60,400 nucleotides of DNA from the IMG/VR virus record IMGVR_UViG_3300045988_043806. One strand, written 5' to 3'. A program made the translations under genes and the position numbers. This document shows positions 55,114-60,400 of the stretch, one piece after another. The notes under the pieces are model-generated. The model worked only from the letters and a program-made list of their open reading frames with translations. It ran no database searches and was not told the DNA's origin. How positions within the stretch are numbered: position 1 is the first letter of the stretch; every line of letters starts with the position of its first letter. Origin of the DNA: a virus.

Positions 55114-55858
55114 CGGCTTCGCCCTCCATAATGTCTGTGATGTCAGTTGCCAACTGCACATATCCGTTTGCTATGGCATCATTCACATCAATTATTACGA
55201 GTGCGGACTTTTCAAACAATTTCTGCACTTCCGGCTCTGCGTGTGCGTAATACTCTGCGATATTCCGGTAATTAAATACATTATGTCTGCGTGCCGCCTG
55301 TATCAGGAACTCCCTTATCTCCTCCGGGATGTCTGTGGCTTCAACTTCCTGTATCAGCTCATCCGCCTTGCTGCTATCCAGCATATCAGATATTTCCGGG
55401 CACTCTCCTGTAATTTCATACTGCGGTATTTTGACTTTCAGAGTGTACTTATCGTCCTGCATCTCCTCTCCCAGTTCATCCTCCCCAACAGAAAATCCGA
55501 ACTGGCTCATATCAATGTTTATGATTCCCTGCATTTCTTTTCCCAGTAAGTCCTCGTCCCACTCTGCCAGCTCTGCGGTCTTGTTGTCTGCCAGCCGGAA
55601 CGCCTTAATCTGCTCGTCCGATAAATCATCTGCACTGATACATGGTATGTCGGTGATTCCCAGCTTCTTTGCCGCTTTATATCGGGTGTGTCCTGCGACA
55701 ATCACTCCATCTTTGTCAATGATAACTGGATTTTTGAATCCAAACTGCTGAATAGATGCTGCTACTGCATCCACCGCCATATCATTATGTCTTGGGTTGT
55801 TCTCATACGGTTTCAGTTCTCCAATCTTCCGCATGACAATTTCAATGCTGCTGTTCAT
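55103..55858 (-). CDS. ParB N-terminal (ParB/Srx nuclease-like) domain protein without a methyltransferase domain
   Basis: 251 aa. LKPYENNPRHND and GHTRYKAAKKLG motifs. The C-terminal FNYRNIAEYYAHAEPEVQKLFEKSALVIID segment normally links ParB to an MTase domain in phage ParB-methylases. Confidence 0.8.
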   Translation of the reverse strand: MNSSIEIVMRKIGELKPYENNPRHNDMAVDAVAASIQQFGFKNPVIIDKDGVIVAGHTRYKAAKKLGITDIPCISADDLSDEQIKAFRLADNKTAELAEWDEDLLGKEMQGIINIDMSQFGFSVGEDELGEEMQDDKYTLKVKIPQYEITGECPEISDMLDSSKADELIQEVEATDIPEEIREFLIQAARRHNVFNYRNIAEYYAHAEPEVQKLFEKSALVIIDVNDAIANGYVQLATDITDIMEGEADEE

Positions 55859-55992
55859 TTATTGCCTCGCTCCTTTCATTTCCCCGGCTCCTGCGTCTGT
55901 TCATCCTCTGCGCTCCTCATTCCGGACAAAACAAAAAGCCATACCATGTTCAGATATGACTTTTCATGTTACTGATATTTAATTTTAGGAGC

Positions 55993-56015
55993 GTGGCAGG
56001 TATTTCTCCTGCCAC
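55993..56015 (-). promoter_or_regulatory. stem-loop in the late-operon leader
   Basis: GTGGCAGG-N7-CCTGCCAC, a perfect 8-bp stem, about 135 nt upstream of the ParB-domain gene. Confidence 0.5.
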
Positions 56016-56082
56016 ACGAGAAAAAGAACGAGTACAGCAGCCGCATTCTTTACAATCAAAACTTCTTCTGATTGCACCATAC

Positions 56083-56111
56083 ACTATATCATCGGTCGAA
56101 TTGACGGTCAA
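56083..56111 (-). promoter_or_regulatory. candidate sigma-A-type promoter for the late operon
   Basis: Minus strand TTGACC(56111..56106)-N17-TATAGT(56088..56083). Confidence 0.45.
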
Positions 56112-56149
56112 AGGAAAAAAAACGGATTCAAAATAAGCCGAACGGTTTT

Positions 56150-56752
56150 TTATTTATCCATCGGGTTCCCAAAATCATGCAAAATCATAGCATCTAAGCC
56201 GAAAAATAGCACCGTCAGGTCATTTCGTGCCTCTTTTGCATCTTTCTGGATTGTGGACAATTCCATGTTATAAAATTCCGCAATTTCCTTTGTGCTCTTC
56301 TTTTTCTCTCTGTCAAGGTACATCATCTGAATGACTTTCCATCTGCGCTGTATAATCTCATTCGATGAGGTTTCGCACTCTCTCTGGTACACTTCCAGCA
56401 TCCGGTCTACGTGTGCAAGCATAAATTTTACTGCATTGATTCCCTTTAACTGCCTATGTAACGTTTTATCTTCATCAAAGATTCTGAATCCGTACAGAAC
56501 ATCCATATTTACGATGCTCTCATCCACCTGCTCTGCCTCATCAATAGTGCAGACTGCCTTTTCTGCATAGTCTTTCAGCTTCGTGTAATTCTCTAACAGC
56601 TTTTTGGTATTATACAGGAGGGTTTTCTTTTCCTGCGCAATACTCTTTTTTCTTGCCTTTTCGCTTCTCTCAACTGCTTTATCGGCAGCCTCCTCACAGA
56701 GTGCTTTTATTTCCTCTTTCGTGAGTGATACTCTTCTTTCTGCTTTTCCCAC
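56150..56752 (-). CDS. late-gene transcriptional regulator candidate (ArpU/RinA- or sigma region-4-like HTH)
   Basis: 200 aa. C-terminal STKEIAEFYNMELSTIQKDAKEARNDL HTH. Lies upstream of the packaging operon. Confidence 0.5.
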   Translation of the reverse strand: MGKAERRVSLTKEEIKALCEEAADKAVERSEKARKKSIAQEKKTLLYNTKKLLENYTKLKDYAEKAVCTIDEAEQVDESIVNMDVLYGFRIFDEDKTLHRQLKGINAVKFMLAHVDRMLEVYQRECETSSNEIIQRRWKVIQMMYLDREKKKSTKEIAEFYNMELSTIQKDAKEARNDLTVLFFGLDAMILHDFGNPMDK

Positions 56753-56871
56753 TTTCTCTGACCTCCTACAATTACAGATTGACTTTTCGGAATTGTCATA
56801 ATAAAATGACAGTAGTTTTTGTGTTTTATGAGCCGATTGTCAATCATCGTATTGCGAGAGGCTCTATTTTT

Positions 56872-57150
56872 TTATTTTCTGCGGAACATATTAGCAACCG
56901 GGCAAGTGGCAAAATGTGAATTGTACCCTACGCCGGTGGCATCCTGCGTCCCAGGCTGTACAATTTCCGCGCTTACCGTTTCACCGTTCGGTGTGACGAT
57001 TCTCTCTTTTCCTTTTCCCTCTTTCGGAACCCGGTATGTTATCAGCCTTGCGTTTACTAGCATATTCTTACCGTTTATGGTCTTAATCCATAATATCTGC
57101 TGGCGGCATTTTGCACAGGTTCCAAAATTTCCACGATTCGCCTTTTTCAT
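56872..57150 (-). CDS. hypothetical zinc-binding protein
   Basis: 92 aa with CAKC...HFATC ligand pattern. Confidence 0.45.
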   Translation of the reverse strand: MKKANRGNFGTCAKCRQQILWIKTINGKNMLVNARLITYRVPKEGKGKERIVTPNGETVSAEIVQPGTQDATGVGYNSHFATCPVANMFRRK

Positions 57151-57185
57151 CCTTTATCGCCTCCTTTCCAAGGCTTGAATCTTGA

Positions 57186-57512
57186 TTATTCACTTTCTTT
57201 GCTCAAACCCTCTGTTGCTTTCCTTACCTTTTCGACCTCTTCCAGTTCAGGAAATTCAATGGTTTTGCTTAATGCTTTTACTGCCAATGCGCAACCGTTT
57301 TTCTTTTCCACCTGGTCTGCCAGGTATCTCAACGCAATTACCAACAGAGTTGCATCCGCTTTGGAATATGGCTGTACCGCTCCGATAATTTTATTGGAGT
57401 AATACTGTAACCCCTGAATGACCATCTTTGCCGATTCTTCTCTTTTTCCATCTGCAAGGATTTCCTGTGCTCTGATAATAAAGCTATGCATTCTCTTTTC
57501 TCTCTTGAACAT
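57186..57512 (-). CDS. hypothetical protein
   Basis: 108-aa helical ORF. Confidence 0.45.
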   Translation of the reverse strand: MFKREKRMHSFIIRAQEILADGKREESAKMVIQGLQYYSNKIIGAVQPYSKADATLLVIALRYLADQVEKKNGCALAVKALSKTIEFPELEEVEKVRKATEGLSKESE

Positions 57513-57514
57513 CT

Positions 57515-58171
57515 CTATTCCTCCATCGGGTCATCGTATGGGTAATCATCATCGCCCTCGCTGAATGGTAATGGCATACCACTATCGTCTGTGCTATCGT
57601 AATCGCCGCTAGGAACGTCGGTATCTGTTTCCTCATCCACATTATCGGGTACGGTCATCATACCGTCTGATTCGCCGTCCTGCTCTTCCTCCTGCGGCTC
57701 TTCTGATTCCTCATTCGCCTGATTGTCCGGTAGGAAGTATGTAGGCTGTCCCTCAACGGCTGGTGTTTCACTATCCACAATATCTGCATCGTTCTCTGCC
57801 TGCTGCTCCATATCGAAAATGTTCATCTGTCCTCCGGTAGAAACATATTTCAGCACATATCGTTTCAGCTTTTCATCATATACCAGGCACATTCCTGTAT
57901 CTCTCTTACCGTCCGCACTGTCCTTTACCGGCACAACGGTGGGAATCTTATGCTTGATAAGAGGCTTTTTGATTCTTACCGTTGTTCCATCTTCCTGCGG
58001 TACGAAATCCTCATTCAGTTCGATGCTGATTTTGAGGTCGATACTTCCCTCGTCCATATCAGACTGTTCCATCTTTCTGAATAACTTCTGCATCATCAGA
58101 TTGAATGTTTCTCTTGCCGCCTGGAATGTATCGCTTTCCAGTGTCATTTCCTCGTAATTTAAAATACTCAT
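57515..58171 (-). CDS. hypothetical protein with strongly acidic C-terminus
   Basis: 218 aa. The last ~90 residues are Asp/Glu-rich. Confidence 0.5.
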   Translation of the reverse strand: MSILNYEEMTLESDTFQAARETFNLMMQKLFRKMEQSDMDEGSIDLKISIELNEDFVPQEDGTTVRIKKPLIKHKIPTVVPVKDSADGKRDTGMCLVYDEKLKRYVLKYVSTGGQMNIFDMEQQAENDADIVDSETPAVEGQPTYFLPDNQANEESEEPQEEEQDGESDGMMTVPDNVDEETDTDVPSGDYDSTDDSGMPLPFSEGDDDYPYDDPMEE

Positions 58172-58205
58172 TTTGTTTGAATCCTCCTATGTTTTATTTG
58201 AAAAT

Positions 58206-58631
58206 CTATTCCACTGCCCGGATGAATACGTCCACCCTTGGTGTATCAGAATAGAACTTTCGCACCTGCGTATCTACAATCGCATTATCGTCATACCACG
58301 CTACGCCATTCAACGCGTCATATATGAGCTTTGCCACATTATCAAGGTCCGGCTTCACTGTTGGTCTGATTCTATGCTCAAGCATTTCTTTCCGCCGCTT
58401 CTTTGAGGTTGATTGTGGTATCGGATAATATGCTATGATGCGAATATCAAGAGGCTCCTTTTCCTTAAATCTCCTGCCTCTGGCAACTTCCAGGAAACAC
58501 TCTGCAACCTCTTTTTCATGCTGTGTTGTCTTTTTTGGCGTGTAAGTCTTTGTATATGTACCCATTCTGGCGAATTTTGGTCGCTGTTTTCCGAACGGAT
58601 TTCCAGGTACTGTAAATTTGATTGATTTCAT
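58206..58631 (-). CDS. rusA: RusA-family Holliday junction resolvase
   Basis: GGAGG RBS before ATG 58631. VPGNPFGKQRPKF...KPDLDNVAKLIYDALNGVAWYDDNAIV motif. Confidence 0.8.
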   Translation of the reverse strand: MKSIKFTVPGNPFGKQRPKFARMGTYTKTYTPKKTTQHEKEVAECFLEVARGRRFKEKEPLDIRIIAYYPIPQSTSKKRRKEMLEHRIRPTVKPDLDNVAKLIYDALNGVAWYDDNAIVDTQVRKFYSDTPRVDVFIRAVE

Positions 58632-58679
58632 ATCGCCAGCCTCCGTTATTTCCAGTATCATTGATTCATCGCCTTTCTA

Positions 58680-58860
58680 ATCGTGAACTACCCATTGTCT
58701 AAAGCCAATGGGCTTCCTGCTTCCCTGACCTCGTAACCTACTATCTCCACAGGCGTTAATTCGGGCAGTTCCTGCCCTATGTTGTTATTCCTTTTATGCT
58801 ATTTGTCTTAATCCTTCTTCCAGTATATTCTTCGCCGCATTGATATCCCTGTCATGATTC
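58680..58860 (-). ncRNA. candidate TnpB guide RNA (omega/reRNA) scaffold spanning the tnpB 3' end and RE
   Basis: Hairpins GGGCAG-gaa-CTGCCC (58763..58777) and CCCATTG-N8-CAATGGG (58691..58712) sit downstream of the tnpB stop, where such RNAs are encoded in IS200/IS605 elements. The boundaries are guesses. Confidence 0.35.
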
Positions 58861-59896
58861 GTTCCACAGACGGGACATATCCATTCCCTTACTGTCAGAT
58901 TTTTCGTCTCTGTATTTTGGTATCCACAGACTGAACACAACTGACTACTGGCATAGAAGGTATCTATTTTGACATATTCCCTTCCATTCCATTTTGCCTT
59001 GTATTCCAACTGCCTTGTCAGCTCATACCATGATACATCACTTATTGACTTTGCCAGATGATGATTTTTTACCATATTCTTTATCTGCAAATTCTCCGAG
59101 ACTATCACTTGGTTTTCGCTGATAATCTCATGGGATATCTTGTGAAGATAATCTTTTCTGGTATTTGTTATTTTCTCATGGCATAATGCTATCTTTTTCT
59201 TTGTTTTGTAGTAATTTTGACTTTTTTCTCTTTATGGGCTAACTGCCTTTGCAGTTTTTCCAGTTTCTTCTCGTTTTTTCTGATAATTTTGGGATTTTCG
59301 TATTTCTTTCCACCAGAAGTAATACATAAATCCTTAATACCTAAATCGATTCCTGTATTTTGGGTTGTATGTGGCAGTTCCACATGTTCTGTTTCCACTA
59401 AAACCGATACATAATATTTCCCACTCGGCACTTGTGATATCGTTGCTGATTTTATCTGCCCGCTAAACTTTCTATGCAGTTTTACTTTTACGCCTTTTAA
59501 TTTAGGCAATTTTACTTTGTTTCCATCGAAATCTACTGTTATGTTGCCATTCGTAAAATTTGTTGTATATGATTTATGATTATCATGTTTACTCTTAAAC
59601 TTTGGATAACCTGCATGCTCCCTAAAAAATTTCTGATATGAACTGTCCATGTTATAAATCGCATTTGTTAAAGCAAACTTATCCACTTCTTTCAGCCATT
59701 CATACTCTTTCTTTAATTCCCTGTTGCAGTAATTATTACAATCTGTTTTGCTGACAGATTTTTTCTCTTTTTCGTATCTTTCTTTCCGATATGCAAGTGT
59801 CTGATTATACACAAAACGGCAACAGCCAAATGTTTTTTCTATCTGTACTTTCTGCTCATTATTGGGATATATTCTGTATTTATATGCTTTTAACAT
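58794..59896 (-). pseudogene. tnpB: tnpB (RNA-guided nuclease, OrfB_IS605) interrupted by a frameshift at an A6 run
   Basis: N-terminal ORF (59896..59189, KAYKYRIYPNNEQ...) and C-terminal ORF (59108..58794, [12 protein letters not shown]...[18 protein letters not shown]) are in different frames. The frames overlap at 59189..59231, and one extra A at 59222..59227 would join them. Confidence 0.8.
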
Positions 59897-59914
59897 TCGC
59901 TGCCACCTTCTTTC

Positions 59915-60334
59915 TTAGCCTTGATTTTCGATATACTTTTTTAGCATTTCTTCTGATACATTTCCTACACTACAAGCAAAATAACCATCTGTCCAAAATG
60001 TATGTTCTTTCCAGAAATGCTTCCGCAAATAATTCGGATAGCGTTTCCATATATGGTAAGTCGTATAACTTTTCATTAGGTTTACAATTTTACTCACCGA
60101 CATTGTAGGTTCAGTTTCTATCATGTAGTGAATATGGTCTTTGTCAGTTTCCATGTATTTGATAATAACTTTGTGCTTTTGACATATCTCATATGAAAAC
60201 TGCTTTATATCATCTGATACCTGTTGCGAAACCAGTAATTTCTTCCTATATTTGCAGACGAAAATAATGTGGTATTGTAATAAATATTTGTGTCTGTTTT
60301 TAGATTTCCATGTTCCCATATCATTAGCATACAA
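59915..60334 (-). CDS. tnpA: IS200/IS605 Y1 (HUH) transposase
   Basis: 139 aa. HUH motif HIHYMIE and catalytic-Tyr region TDGYFACSVG. Confidence 0.9.
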   Translation of the reverse strand: MYANDMGTWKSKNRHKYLLQYHIIFVCKYRKKLLVSQQVSDDIKQFSYEICQKHKVIIKYMETDKDHIHYMIETEPTMSVSKIVNLMKSYTTYHIWKRYPNYLRKHFWKEHTFWTDGYFACSVGNVSEEMLKKYIENQG

Positions 60335-60345
60335 TAATTCTCAGC

Positions 60346-60400
60346 TTTTGGCTACCTTAACCCACCGTCTAAAGCCAGTGGGATTGCGGTAGCCTTATTT
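60346..60400. repeat. 55-nt terminal direct repeat (copy of 1..55)
   Basis: Exact identity with window bases 1..55. Confidence 0.95.

Larger units (their letters stand above)
58680..60400 (-). mobile_element. IS200/IS605-family insertion sequence (tnpA + tnpB); its left end continues across the circular junction
   Basis: Y1 HUH transposase and TnpB in tandem. Subterminal hairpins with conserved loops at 60350..60394 (LE, same as 5..49) and 58691..58712 (RE). Inserted between the dnaC-like and rusA genes. Exact ends not determined. Confidence 0.85.

Noticed and set aside
54872-55549. 225-aa plus-strand ORF, and the nearby 54622..55131 ORF.
   Set aside because: They are antisense to the ParB-domain and GT-like genes, which have clear motifs and translational coupling.

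Overview
The window is a complete, self-closing temperate phage genome. Its first and last 55 nt are identical, so the unique unit is 60,345 bp. The host is probably a low-GC Gram-positive (Clostridia/Bacillota-like). This is inferred from AGGAGG ribosome-binding sites and from SleB-, LysM- and Xkd-type genes. Almost all genes lie on the minus strand. The map in window coordinates: (i) 197-6475, early lytic operon with cro-like and XRE regulators, a SleB-like hydrolase, a RecT/PD-(D/E)XK recombination module, and a DnaD-like organizer plus DnaC-like loader. (ii) 6660-9054 on the plus strand, lysogeny module with a cI-like repressor and a large serine integrase; attP is probably at 9055-9281. 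(iii) 9282-21603, a 12-kb accessory block of small genes plus ssb, driven by three near-identical promoter and inverted-repeat cassettes. (iv) 21640-22000, an iteron-rich non-coding region. (v) 22008-25694, a lipoprotein gene interrupted by a G11 tract, then endolysin and holins. (vi) 26341-29427, a complete diversity-generating retroelement (RT, TR, Avd, and a tail-fibre target carrying VR1); a second, remote VR sits at 13368-13472 in a non-structural gene. (vii) 29433-53253, a PBSX/xkd-like contractile-tail and head module including a tail-chaperone -1 frameshift site. (viii) 53281-55858, a ParB-N / glycosyltransferase-like / radical-SAM trio just upstream of terS. (ix) 56150-58631, a late-regulator-like gene, small ORFs and RusA. 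(x) 58680-60400, continuing across the junction, an IS200/IS605 element with tnpA and a frameshifted tnpB. The items most worth follow-up are the two-target DGR with conserved target hairpins, the ParB/GT/rSAM module, the triplicated promoter-operator cassette, the iteron region and the poly-G-interrupted lipoprotein. All family assignments come from reading motifs by eye; no database search was run.
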